From Octopus sinensis (Eukaryota), in contig NC_042999.1 in NCBI RefSeq assembly GCF_006345805.1, positions 58,652,001 through 58,716,000 of the forward strand: a stretch of DNA of 64,000 bases, read 5' to 3'. This document shows, in pieces, positions 1 to 12,604 of this stretch; the first letter of the stretch is position 1; each line of letters opens with the position of its first letter. The notes beneath the pieces were generated by a model that had not been told where the DNA came from, did no database searches, and saw only the letters and a list, made by a program, of their open reading frames with translations. A program made the position numbers and the translations under genes.

Positions 1-511
1 CGTGTGTATATACATAAATAAGTATTTATATGTTTATATCTATATCCATATACATGCATACGTATATGTGTGTGGGTGTATGTATGCCTTACGTTTCCGT
101 TATCGCGTTGACACTTGTCATGTCTGAATAATTTACTTCCGTTCGCGTAAAGGCATTTGCAAACGTTTACATATTTCAATGTGTTTATTCTAAACCAGTC
201 CTCAACCGCATGTTTTGTTTTTTACGCAAGTTGACTGTTGATTATATCATGCCTGCATTTCATATAAGTTTTACGTCTCATAACATTTCTCAAAAATATG
301 TATACTTTGTGACCAACAGTTTTATCGCTATGTCTAACGAAAGTTAATCGTTCACACATTCATTTTGTTTTTGTCTTACAAATGATGATAAGCAAAATGA
401 GAAGCGTAATTTATTACGTTTTAATTACTCTAAAATATTAGCCACCAATAATTTCATGATAAATATTCACTTCTTCAAGTATCGTTGCTTTATAAAAGTA
501 CAAGAACTACA

Positions 512-547
<36 letters not shown>

Positions 548-654
548 AAAATACGTACAACAGCGAAATTAATCATTTCGCCAGAGTCTACTCTCTATGC
601 AAATTTAACTGTGATGTTTTTTCAACATTTCTCCTTTCCTTACTTAGCAATATC

Positions 655-755
655 TCATCATCATCATCATCATCATCATCGTAATCGTCGTCGTCGTCGT
701 CGTCATCATCATCATCATCGTTGTCGTCGTCATCATCATTATCATTATCATTATT

Positions 756-803
<48 letters not shown>

Positions 804-895
804 GTTGTTGTTGTTGTTGTTGTTGTAGCTGTTGTTGTTGTTGTTGTTGTAGCTGTTGTTGTTGTTGTAGCTGTTGTTGTTGTTGTTGTTGCTGT
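655..895. repeat. Compound trinucleotide microsatellite (CAT/CGT/TAT/TGT blocks)
   Basis: Directly visible in-phase triplet blocks; explains the poly-H/R/Y/C ORF 485..928. Confidence 0.95.
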
Positions 896-1476
896 ACCTT
901 CTTATCAGTTTTCCAATATAAACTCTAAATTGGAAAGAGACACATTATTTAAAAAAAAAATGTAATAAGATCAAGAACAAAATAAATCATAAATAAACGC
1001 AACAAAAGACAAAAAAAAAAAAAAGCCGCAAATTTTCAATAAAGTTTCGCGTTATTCTGTATACTTATTTATTCATTTATTAACATTTCCTGAACTGAAA
1101 AACTACAAGAACTAATTACTCTTTAATTTATCACTGTCTGGATCATGGAAAAGTCAACAAAGAAGAACTATATTAGACTTCCATAAAAATATACATGATT
1201 TTTGAATATTAAAATTCTTGCTCTCTATATATTGTATTCTTTATGTTTTGGTTTCATGATTATATTCTCGCTTTAAAGAACTTCATTGCAAACTGAAATA
1301 TTAAAAACAGGAATCATAATCAGACAAGCGTGTTACAAGTAGACATCTTGATGTTGTTATTGTTGTTGATGTTTAGTCCCAGGTCGGTTCCGATCAAGAA
1401 AATAAAAGCCTTTATAAACATAACGCTGTGTAAAGTGAACCTTTTCCCCCTATCTCTTTTTCCCTATATTTACACA

Positions 1477-1846
1477 GGCGCATGCGTGGCTGTGTGGTAG
1501 GGAGCTTTCTTCCAAATCGCATGGCACCTTGGGCAAGTGTTTTCAACTATAGCCTCGGGTTGACCAAAGCCTTGGGAGAGGATTTGGTAGACGGAAACTG
1601 AAAGAAGCCCGTTGCCCATTTATATGTATATATCTATATGTGTGTGTGTCTTTGTCCTCCACCACCGCTTGACAATCGGTGTTGGTGTGTTTACGTTCCA
1701 GTAACATAGCGGTTCGGCTAAATAGAACGGTAAAATAAGTACTAAGTTTACAAAGAATGTCTTAGGGTCGGTTGAAATCCCTTCAAAGCAGTGCCCCAGC
1801 AACAGCTATAGTCAAATGACTGAAACAAGTAAAAGAATAAAAGTAT
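1477..1846 (+). mobile_element. tRNA-derived SINE, family A (head partly deleted)
   Basis: ggcgca..gtggctgtgtggta head, ggcaccttgggcaagtg core, internal TA/TG tract, tail cagtcaaatgactgaaacaagtaaaag shared with more than 10 other copies in the window. Confidence 0.85.
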
Positions 1847-1851
1847 ATGTA

Positions 1852-2439
1852 ATGGGTCATCCCATAAATAATGCAGTTTTTTCAATTGCATGAACTAAAA
1901 TTTGGAGGGGGACGGGATAAACTACCTGCATCAACTTGCTATAAAAGCAGGTAGTAATTTTACTTTGTCTTTATTCTTAGTGAAAATTTTGAAGAGTGCA
2001 TTTCAATTTTAACAGTTATTTTTTCAAAGCTATAATGGAAGTGACAAAGGAGCATGTTCGGCATATTTTGCTTTATGAATTCAATAAGGCAATAACGCAA
2101 TGGAAAGTGCGAGGAATATTAATGAAGTATATGGGAATTGGACAATAAGTGTAAGCCAGTGTCAACGGTGCTTCCAGAAATTCCAAGCCGAAAACTACAG
2201 CCTAGAAGAGGAGCCTGATCCTGGAATATTTGTAGAGCTCGACGAGCACGTCTTGCAAACCCTAATGGAACAAAATCCCATCGTAACTGTTGAGGAACTA
2301 GCAGAGGAGCTTGGAAGACAGATGGAAGAGCATTGTAGGAAATTAGGAGAGCATATTTTAGATTAAAAAATAACTTTATCTTAGCTTTGAAAATTAAGAG
2401 AAGTATAAGAAAACCCGCGTTATTGATAGGATGATCTAA
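1852..2439 (+). mobile_element. Internally deleted mariner transposon
   Basis: Imperfect TIRs (tgggtcatcccataaataatgcagtttttt / aaaacccgcgttattgataggatgatcta) with TA flanks. Encodes a mariner N-terminus MEVTKEHVRHILLYEF-(fs)-NINEVYG..SQCQRCFQKF..EELAEELG; the DDD domain is absent. Confidence 0.85.
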
Positions 2440-2469
2440 TACATACATACACACATATGGCACACTGCA

Positions 2470-2772
2470 GAATACGAGGACGAGGGTTTCAGTTGACCCG
2501 ATCAACAGAAACGGTATAGCCAGCTTGTGAATTTAACGTGCAAGTGGCTGAGTAATCTACAGACATGCGTACCCGAAACATCGTTCTCAGGGAGATTCAG
2601 CGAGATACAGTATGAGACAAGGCTGACATTTTAAATTACATAAACTGCTCATTTTTGCCAGTGGACTGGAGCAACGTGGAATAAATTGTCTTGGTCAAAG
2701 ATACAACGCATTGCCGGTTTTCAAACGCACAACCTTGCGATCAGGAGGTGAATACCCTAACAACTAAGCCAC
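2470..2772 (-). mobile_element. tRNA-derived SINE, family D, tail type D1
   Basis: Minus strand reads gtggcttagttgttagggtattc.. head, ttgaccaagacaatttattccacgttgctccagtccac core and ..aactgaaaccctcgtcctcgta tail; the tail recurs at 48857-48952. Confidence 0.75.
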
Positions 2773-2907
2773 ATACTTTCACGCGCACACATGCACACAC
2801 ACAATCGCACACACATGCATATATATATATATATATATAATATAGATATATATATATATAATAATTATATATGTGTGTGTTGTTGTGTGCGGTGTACGCG
2901 TGTGTGA

Positions 2908-2940
<33 letters not shown>

Positions 2941-3229
2941 TACATATATAAACCTGTATATGCCAATATGATGATGACGATGGCGACGGCGGCGGCGACG
3001 ACGACGATGATGATGATGACGATGACGAGGACGTCGACGACGATGACAGTTCGAGAAAGACGGTTCGGCAATTTCTTGCTAAATAACCTGTACAAATGAT
3101 TTGTTTATAGTGATCAAATTCATGTGTTGTAAATTAGATCACTCACTCCAACAAATAGGTTCACGATGTGCCACACGTCTGGTATCAGTGAAGCAGAGAA
3201 ACGTGATACGAAGTGTTTTGTGCAAGAAA

Positions 3230-3994
3230 AACTGTCTTCGTATCAGAACTTGTTGCTTCTGCATACCTGACGACGCTATGAACACCAGTCCTCTTCGAAC
3301 CAACCTCAACTGGCCTTAAATGCGTCTGCTGATGTCTCCTGTCGATGTTCCAGGGTTCTTCTTCAGGAGATCCTCATACAGCGCTCGTACTTTCTCAAAG
3401 ATGATGGTCTCCGTAATCGTATGCCCTGCGAATTGTTTCTCGATGATCCACGAAAGCAATTTTACCGTCTCTTCGTGGACAGATGTGCGTTGCTTGGAGA
3501 GCCTGGACACACATTTTGCTTTTGTAACAACGGCTTTGATCGTGTCCTTTTTCTTCAAGATAGTGCAGATCGTTGACGTGTTTCGGTCGTATTGACGTGC
3601 TATGTCCACTACACGCACCCCTCTCTCATGTTTAACAATGATTTCCTTCTTCAGCTTTTTCTTCTCTCCAGCACTGTCCTTTGCTCCAAACTTCTTAGGA
3701 CCCGACCTTAACACAATTTATTACAATAAAATAAAAACAAAAAAACACACAAAATTAAAAACCAAACACCGAGAAAAACACAAGGATGCTGTCACAACGA
3801 GATAAATAAGTAAACTGAACGAGGGGAGGCTGTGCTACATGGGAGGCGTGTGCGAGCTCAGCGCCGATTAGAGCTCGCATGTATGAAACTCGCTCGTACT
3901 GCGGGTTTCCGCTCATCACGACAAAAATTCTCACGACCCACGGCTCGTGCAGCAATTTGCCGTACAATGATCCACTGTTACGACAGGTCTACTG
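3230..3994 (-). mobile_element. Tigger/pogo-family transposon 5' fragment (CENP-B-like HTH region)
   Basis: ORF 3316..3714 has KKEIIVKHERGVRVVDIARQYDRNTSTICTILK..EKQFAGHTITETIIFEKVRALY, continuing out of frame as FKAS*GWF..RTGVHSVVR. The terminus is TA-CAGTAGA(A)CC-like. Confidence 0.85.
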
Positions 3995-4549
3995 TATTGA
4001 TATTGATCGTTCAATTTTGTTAATATGTTGTTACTCTTACCTTAACGGAATAATAAATTGCATCACACACACACACACATCACACACACACACATATATA
4101 TATATATATACGTATATATACTATATATATACAATATATTATATATATATATATATATATTCTATATATATATATATTATATATGTGTGTGTGTGTGCGC
4201 GTGTACGCGTGTGTGAATATATATATATATATATATATATACACACCACACATACATATATAAACTCTGTATATGCCAATATGATGATGACGATGGCGAC
4301 GGCGGCGGCGACGACGACGATGATGATGATGACGATGACGAGGACGTCGACGACGATGACAGTTCGAGAAAGACGGTTCGGCAATTTCTTGCTAAATAAC
4401 CTGTACAAATGATTTGTTTATAGTGATCAAATTCATGTGTTGTAAATTAGATCACTCACTCCAACAAATAGGTTCACGATGTGCCACACGTCTGGTATCG
4501 AAGTGATAGCAGAGAAACGTGATACGAAGTGTTTTGTGCAAGAAAAACT

Positions 4550-5312
4550 GTCTTCGTATCAGAACTTGTTGCTTCTGCATACCTGACGACGCTATGAACA
4601 CCAGTCCTCTTCGAACCAACCTCAACTGGCCTTAAATGCGTCTGCTGATGTCTCCTGTCGATGTTCCAGGGTTCTTCTTCAGGAGATCCTCATACAGCGC
4701 TCGTACTTTCTCAAAGATGATGGTCTCCGTAATCGTATGCCCTGCGAATTGTTTCTCGATGATCCACGAAAGCAATTTTACCGTCTCTTCGTGGACAGAT
4801 GTGCGTTGCTTGGAGAGCCTGGACACACATTTGCTTTTGTAACAACGGCTTTGATCGTGTCCTTTTTCTTCAAGATAGTGCAGATCGTTGACGTGTTCGG
4901 TCGTATTGACGTGCTATGTCCACTACCACGCACCCCTCTCTCATGTTTAACAATGATTTCCTTCTTCAGCTTTTTCTTCTCTCCAGCACTGTCCTTTGCT
5001 CCAAACTTCTTAGGACCCGACCTTAACACAACTTATTACAATAAAATAAAAACAAAAAAACACACAAAATTAAAAACCAAACACCGAGAAAAACACAAGG
5101 ATGCTGTCACAACGAGATAAATAAGTAAACTGAACGAGGGGAGGCTGTGCTACATGGGAGGCGTGTGCGAGCTCAGCGCCGATTAGAGCTCGCATGTATG
5201 AAACTCGCTCGTACTGCGGATTTCCGCTCATCACGACAAAAATTCTCACGACCCACGGCTCGTGCAGCAAATTTGCCGTACAATGATCCACTGTTACTAC
5301 GAGGTTCTACTG
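4550..5312 (-). mobile_element. Tigger/pogo fragment, duplicated copy
   Basis: Second unit of the tandem duplication; TA-CAGTAGAACCTCG terminus at 5312; ORF broken by 1-bp indels. Confidence 0.85.
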
Positions 5313-5379
5313 TATTTGATATTGATCGTTCAATTTTGTTAATATTTTGTTACTCTTACCTTAACGGAATAATAAATTG

Positions 5380-5433
<54 letters not shown>

Positions 5434-5867
5434 CGTATATAAATACATATATATATAACAAATATATATATATATATCTATAATATATATATATATATAT
5501 ATCCATATATATATATATCCTATATATATATATACACACACATATATATATCCATATATATATATATATAGACATATATTTATATATAGACATATATATA
5601 ATATCATAATATTTATATATAGACATATATATACATATATATATAAATATCATATATATAACATACATATATGTACCTATATATACATATATATATGCAT
5701 ATATATATACATATATATATATAATACATATATATATGTATATATATATATTATATATACATACATATATATAATACATATATATTATATATATATATTA
5801 TATCTATATGTATATATGTATAGATAGATATATTATATATTATATATATTATATATATATATATATA

Positions 5868-6256
5868 TACTCTTTTACTCTTTTACGTGTTTCAGTCATT
5901 TGACTGCGGCCATGCCTTTAGTCGAGCAAATCGAGCCCAGGACCTATTCTTTGTAAGCCTAGTACTTATTCTATCAGCCTCTTTTGCTGAACCACTAAGT
6001 TACGGGGACGTAAACACACCAGTATCGGTTGTCAAGCGAGGGACAAACACAGACACACAAACATATACACACATACATATATTTACATATATAAGACGTA
6101 CTTCTTCCAGTTTCCATCTACCAAATCCACTCACATGGCTTTGGTTGGCCCGAGGCTATATTAGAAGACACTTGCCCATGGTGCCATGCAGTGGGAATGA
6201 ACCCGGAACCATGTGGTTGGTAAGCAAGCTACTTACCACACAGCCAGCCCTGCGCC
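5868..6256 (-). mobile_element. SINE family A, full length
   Basis: Reverse complement of the family A head (ggcgcagg..ctgtgtggtaagtagcttgcttaccaaccacatggttccgggttca) through to the tail. Confidence 0.9.
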
Positions 6257-6290
<34 letters not shown>

Positions 6291-6561
6291 GATATATATG
6301 TAATTTTGTGCGTTTTTGCTCTAAAAGTATATACTAGGAGCAAGAGTGAGTGGCTGCAATTTCTAGCCGGCGGTTGTCCTGTACCGACGAAGTGAAATTA
6401 CCCAGAACCATTGTTCTACAGTTATCACTACAGCTACTAAGGGAGCAGTAGACTCTTTTGCTTACAGTATACTGACACAGTTCATGTGTTGGTAGCCAGT
6501 CTAAAACATCTTTCTGCGACTTTGCACTGGCAAATTACTTTAGTCTCTCTCCCTGTATATA

Positions 6562-6615
<54 letters not shown>

Positions 6616-6618
<3 letters not shown>

Positions 6619-7666
6619 CGGCGACTGCTTTTCATGGTAGCCCTATCGGATATGCTATCAGTGACAGAGGTAGTCATGCTTACCAGCTATGCCTGCCGGC
6701 GACACAAATTGTCACACAGTCAGTCAAAAAAGCATCTGATACTACGCTCTTACAGAAAGATCTAGATGCCATCTATACATGGGCTGAGGATAACAACATG
6801 CAATTTAATGCAAGTAAATTCCAGGCCCTCCGCTAATGGTTAAGTACTGCTCAGGAATCACGACATCAGTACGTTGGAAGAAGTGGAGTAACGATCCCAG
6901 AATCAAATACGGTGCGTGATCTTGGAATAGAAATGAGCAACAATGCCTCATTACACACACATATCAACAAAATGTTGCAGTATCCAGAAGACTGGCTGGT
7001 TGGATTCTGAGAACCTTCCGGACAAGAGACCAAGAAGCAATGATGACAGTATGGAAGTCATTTATCCTCAGCCGAATGGACTACTGCTCTCAGCTATGGT
7101 CACCTTATACTACAAGGATGATAGCAGAGCTTGAAGCAGTCCAACGACATTACATAAAGAAAATTGCATCAATGAAACGATTGAGCTACTGGGACAGGTT
7201 GAAAGAGTTGCGACTCTATTGCCTGGAACGAAGGCGTGTGAGGTATGCAGTGATATATATATGGAAGATACTGGAAGAACTGGTACCAAACTTTGGAATA
7301 AAGAGCTATACCACGAACAGGGCGTCACTGTGCTTTCCCCACTGTGCCGACTGCTTCATCTCGAGCAAGGACGATGTACTGCAATAGCTTCGGTTTCAAG
7401 GGCCCACAGCTGTTTAACTGTCTGCCGAAACATCTCAGTATCTTCCACGGAATGGATGTAGACGTTTTTAAACGTGAATTTGACCTATGGCTCGCCGAGA
7501 TCCCGTATGAGCCAATATCTAAGCAAGAAACTCAAAAGAGTGCAGTAGCATCAAACTCCATCCTTCACCAAAAGCCACCCTGACAAAGGTGGAAAGTAGA
7601 AAGATGATTACAATGGCAGTGCTTCAGCGTGGCCACAGTCATTGGACTGAGACATATAAAAGAATA
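6616..7666 (+). mobile_element. 5'-truncated CR1-like LINE (RT C-terminal region plus 3' UTR)
   Basis: LLFMVALSDM..SYA (disrupted YADD), LQKDLDAIYTWAEDNNMQFNASKF, WKSFILSRMDYCSQLWSPY, ELEAVQR, YWDRLKELRLYCLERRR..Y, FKGPQLFNCLP. Stop at 7583, then a short UTR ending in an (AT)n tract. Confidence 0.85.
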
Positions 7667-7670
7667 TATA

Positions 7671-7727
<57 letters not shown>

Positions 7728-8019
7728 GTGATATCACCGTGACCGACCAGGCTAGCTGATGTTGCTACACATCGCTGGTCACAATGCACTTTGTATTGTT
7801 TTAGCCTTCAAATGACGCCACCTCGCTAGCTAAGCGAGCAGGCCAACAGAAGAAACAGAGAAAGAGTACAGCAGGGATCATCCCCCCTCCACTGCCGGAG
7901 CCAAGTGGAACTTTAGGTATTTTCGCTCAATAAACACTCACAACGCCCGGTCTGGGAATCGAAACCGCGATCCTACGACCGCGAGTCCGCTATCCTAACC
8001 ACTGGACCATTGCGCCTCC
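7728..8019 (-). mobile_element. tRNA-derived SINE family C (head C1, tail type 1)
   Basis: Minus strand ggaggcgcaatggtccagtggttagg..ggtttcgattcccagacc (A/B-box-like); tail tgaccagcgatgtgtagcaacatc..ggtcggtcacggtgat also present at 42622-42896. Confidence 0.85.
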
Positions 8020-8350
8020 ATATATATATATAAATACTACAGAGCATAGACGTCAGTTCTCAACACCTGTTCTTAGTATATTTCCCAAGGAAGGGGTCTT
8101 AACGCAGAAATATTGAAATACCAGAAAATAGAACGAATCATCTATGCAATGTGTTGACTTCAAAAGACATTTGTAAAACACACACACACATACACATAAC
8201 CACACACATATATATGACTATACTTCATGAAAACTGTACTATTCTGATATATATATGCACACACCACACACACACACATACATACATATATATATATATA
8301 TATCATATACATAGCTAGCTGTATACAAACACATACACACATACACACGA

Positions 8351-8482
<132 letters not shown>

Positions 8483-8814
8483 TGTATGTATGTATATTCA
8501 ATACTTACACAGATATGCGAAATACAACTGCTACTTAGAAATATAATTAATTTTTGATATTTGGGGGCGTTGATCAAGCATAGGTAAAATAAAGTCTCAT
8601 GCTTACAAAGAAAACATACTAGTTGTATTTATTCCCGCAGTAATATGAAATTGAATTACATGATATTTGAAATACTGAACTATCTTGAACACATATTGCT
8701 AACTACAAAACTATTGTACTTTGATATAATTTAATAAAGAAGTAAATGCTAAGCTTGTTAAATAAAACAGGTTATATGCTTAGCGAGGATATTATAGAAT
8801 ATAATTATTGCTCA

Positions 8815-8816
8815 CA

Positions 8817-8897
<81 letters not shown>

Positions 8898-8915
8898 ATC
8901 TATCTATCTATCTAA
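8815..8915. repeat. (TATC)n tetranucleotide microsatellite
   Basis: Directly visible. Confidence 0.95.
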
Positions 8916-8968
8916 CTAACTAATTATACACACACACACATATATATGTATAAATATATGTAGACTCA

Positions 8969-9050
<82 letters not shown>

Positions 9051-9634
9051 CAGTTAAAGTAATTTAAGCATGTCACGTTTTCCGCAGCGAATCCCATTGT
9101 CACGTTTTCTTTGATGTAACATTCACAGTGACTTTTCCGATATTAATTTCTAACGTAGCACAAGCCATTAAGTTTATAGCTAAACAAAACTTCGATGACA
9201 TTTAGCAAGAGAATTCTGTAGGCAAACATATCTTGCTTTCTTTTATGATAATGGGTAGGAGGACTTTATCAGAACAAGTAATATCAACGTGTATGATTGT
9301 TGACAGTATATGTCCGTCCCTATAACAACATATAATGCATCTTTGAAGGACAGCCTTGTATTCCAACGTGCATTATCGTAGAGTGAGAGAATTCATCACC
9401 ATGTGCATTCGCATATTCTTATAGAGTTCTGTGGCAACGTGGAGTGCGTTTGATGAGTAAAGGGCCTTTATCATAACATGTATTATTGTTGGAAAAATCG
9501 GGTATCTCAAAGAGTGTTATCTTTCATGAGGCCCCGTCCAGCATTTCAATCTATCAAGTGGATACGAGAATCCAATTATATCTTTCTTACAGTTCGATAT
9601 ACATTTTAAGCGGAGGACCCCACCCCATTGAGAT

Positions 9635-9752
<118 letters not shown>

Positions 9753-9769
9753 TCAAAATGTGACCGCGT

Positions 9770-9940
9770 GTGTACCGTTGGCGATGTTTTTCCCTCTGTC
9801 TTCCCTCCTGTGTATCCTTCCTTCTCCTATGTTTCCGACGAAGAGCTTCCTTCTTTCCTGAGCGTCCGATAGTACTATATTTGTTCCACGTCCTCGCGTT
9901 GTTATGTTTTTTTTGTGTTTTCTTGTTTGGATTAACTATG
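9770..9940 (+). mobile_element. Penelope-like terminal-repeat remnant
   Basis: Pyrimidine-rich segment with ccgacgaagagc then ttcctgagcg, similar in layout to 53080-53245; no ORF. Confidence 0.35.
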
Positions 9941-9979
9941 TATATATATATATATATACATATATACATAGATATATAT

Positions 9980-10172
9980 CACTCTTTCACTCTTGTTTCA
10001 GTCAGTCATTTGACGAGCTTCTTTCAGTTTCCGTCTACCAAATTCACTCAGAAGGCTTTGGTCGGCCCGAGGCTACAGTAGAAGACACTTGGCCAAGGTG
10101 CCACGTAGTGGGACTGAACCCGGAACAATGTGGTTGGTAAGCAAGCTACTTACCACACAGCCACTTCTACGC
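9980..10172 (-). mobile_element. SINE family A with central deletion
   Basis: Tail (cagtcatttgac) joined directly to g-agcttctttcagtttccgtctacc; the junction falls at a shared gac microhomology. Confidence 0.85.
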
Positions 10173-10748
10173 ATTCTTTTTTTTTTGTAATGCCTTGCTA
10201 AAACTAATGATGAAAAAAAGATATGGTTTAGTGTACGATAAAATAGTGAATACATGCCAAATACAAAATATTAATCGTAAAAATTATATTAAAATTCTAA
10301 TCTGTACGTCACACACGCTAATAACTTTTTAAAAGCAACCACGATCAATGATTAAAACGTTCTAGCAGCGTAAAAGCAGGAGGCAAAAAATTATATTATC
10401 GACAGGTAATGTTTTCATTCGAATGTAATAAATATTTTATTTAATGCATCGAAATTACTTAACATGAAAAAAAAAAAAAAATTATGCCTATACAACAATT
10501 TATCTATAATATGTATGTGTGCGTGTATGTGTGTGTTTGTGTGTGGGGAGAGAGAGAGAGATAATACGTATATATTTATATACACATGCATACATAAACA
10601 CATGTCCTCGAGAGTATATAACCAAGTATGTTATATACTGTCCGGATATTTTGTTGTTGCCTGTTACGTTCTTGTTCCATTTTTTGTTTTGTTTTATTCT
10701 ATATATACATATAACAGCGTACATATACTTTTGGTATCCTGTATGTAA

Positions 10749-10784
<36 letters not shown>

Positions 10785-10787
<3 letters not shown>

Positions 10788-11196
10788 TGGCTGTGTGGCA
10801 AGTAGTTTGCTTACCAACCACATGGTTCCAGGTTCAGTCCCACTGCGTGGCACCTTGGCCAAGTGCCTTCTACTATAGCCTAGGGCCGACCAAACCCTTG
10901 TGAGTGGATTTGGGAGACGGAAACTGAAAAGAAGCCCGTCGTATATATGTATATATATATATGTATGTGTGTGTATATGTTTGTGTCTCTGTGTTTGTCC
11001 CCTCAACATCGTTTGACAACCGATGCTGGTGTGTTTAAGTCCCCGCAACTTAGCGGTTCGGCAAAAGAGGCCGATAGAATAAGGACTATGCTTACAAAGA
11101 ATAAGTCCTGAGGTCGATTTGCTCGACTAAAGGCGGTGCTCCAGCATGGCCACAGTCAAATACCTGAAACAAGTAAAAAAGTAAAAAGAGTAAGAG
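10785..11196 (+). mobile_element. SINE family A, near full length
   Basis: gagtggctgtgtgg..ggttcagtcccactgcgtggcaccttgg..aaggcggtgctccagcatggccacagtca..aagtaaaa. Confidence 0.9.
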
Positions 11197-12289
11197 TTTG
11201 AATGAAGTAAAGGAGGTGTGGATAACAAGGTACGAAACAGCTTTTGTTTCGAGTCGATGAAGGTGCTGTCCTACGGTTACTCGGCTGGCTGGAAAGGTGG
11301 CCAAATTTACCTAGCTGCACATTATATTGCATTAAAAGGGGAAAGATTCGTCATATTATGAAGTCGCTGTCGGGTCGTTCTGTTTGAATCTTCGTAATCA
11401 TAGTTTTTTGGGGACCTGGGCTTGTCTGGTGCAAACCTGAAGCCGTATCAGTAGCAATAACAAGAAGGAAAACACAGGGAAGAAAAAATACACTGCAGTC
11501 TAATAAGATCTCATAAAATGCAGGAAATAACAACCATCTTTCTTTTAAATTTATCTCGTTGTCCTTAAAAACAGGGAGGGACCTATCGTTCGTACTAACG
11601 TAAAAAAGAACCATAACCATCGTTCTGCTCGGTAAATGTTGGTCTCGGGTTAAAGAACTGTACAGTTCTGTTAAACAACTCTAGCACATGTGTTGTATAG
11701 GCATAATTCTGTTTTTTCAGTTCTTCTATAGTGAGGTAGAACATATTCTAAACCAGCGCTTAGTTTAGAATTATCTTTCGTGCACTTTGTGTACTGATTT
11801 CGAGTTTCAGTAATTGAGCTTAAAATGTTAAGAAAGTTGATTTCTTTGTATATGAAAAACAGCCAGATATTCAATCAACTTGTAGAAAAGGGTTACACGG
11901 AGACCATGAAACAGTTTAATATAAACAAAGCAGTTGTTAGAAGAGAGAGAGAAATCAAATCAGAAGCCAGGGCCAGTTTAACTATTAGATCTTCCATAAC
12001 CATAAACATGGGTCGCATCATAAATTTTGTGTTTTATTAATATCATTAAAATCATATCTCTCCGATTTACTCAATTTCTATTTGCCCAGTTTCCAATCTA
12101 CTCTATAAAGCGATGCAACTCTGTTTGTGTGTGTGTGAGTGAGTGTGTGTTTTTACATACATACATATGTACATACGTAATTGAAGCAGTATTAATTTTA
12201 GATAGTCATCTGCGTATCATAATTAATGATCTGTGTATCATACTTTTACAGGCAAGTTATAGCGGTTCTCGTTCGAGAATCTCTTATAA

Positions 12290-12557
12290 ACATACTGAGA
12301 TTCAAAACAGGATATATATCGGAAGGAAAAGAAAAATCGACCGGCAACGGCTACTAAGAAGAGCAGAGGCATTTCATCCTTTTTGAACTTTGTCAATGGT
12401 GTCTACTCGCAGCCGGCCATGTGCCTAGATGTGATTTGTTGCCCCAGAACTGGAGAAAAGTGGAACATTGTGAATATACGTTATTCAAAACATTTATCAA
12501 GACCGAAAAGCATCTATTTTTCTCGCTTGCCGGTGTTCAAACTATTTCTCGTCTCCC

Positions 12558-12560
<3 letters not shown>
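12290..12560 (+). mobile_element. Very degenerate Penelope-like GIY-YIG C-terminal remnant
   Basis: IYIGRKRKIDRQRL and KTEKHLFFSL resemble YIG.TGR.L..R and RE..LIF.L of the clearer copy at 12900-13385; several frameshifts. Confidence 0.3.

Positions 12561-12604
<44 letters not shown>

Larger units (their letters stand above)
2855..5460. repeat. Direct tandem duplication, unit about 1.31-1.32 kb
   Basis: Shared landmarks: gttcgagaaaga ends at 3060 and 4373 (offset 1313); taataaattg ends at 4060 and 5379 (offset 1319). Units are bounded by TA/CA microsatellites. Confidence 0.95.

Noticed and set aside
485-928. 147-aa ORF with poly-His/Arg/Tyr/Cys
   Set aside because: It is a translation of (TA)n and triplet microsatellites, with no domain or splice context.
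7940-8019. tRNA-like sequences (also at about 18520-18595, 21676-21750, 44240-44312, 57395-57470)
   Set aside because: They are SINE heads: followed by SINE bodies, some with TSDs, and with no complete acceptor stem.
11341-12040. Short ORFs with hydrophobic stretches faintly like channel or receptor segments (WFFFTLVRTIG, FFLPCVFLLVI)
   Set aside because: Multiple stops, different frames and no convincing family motif; a translated search would be needed.
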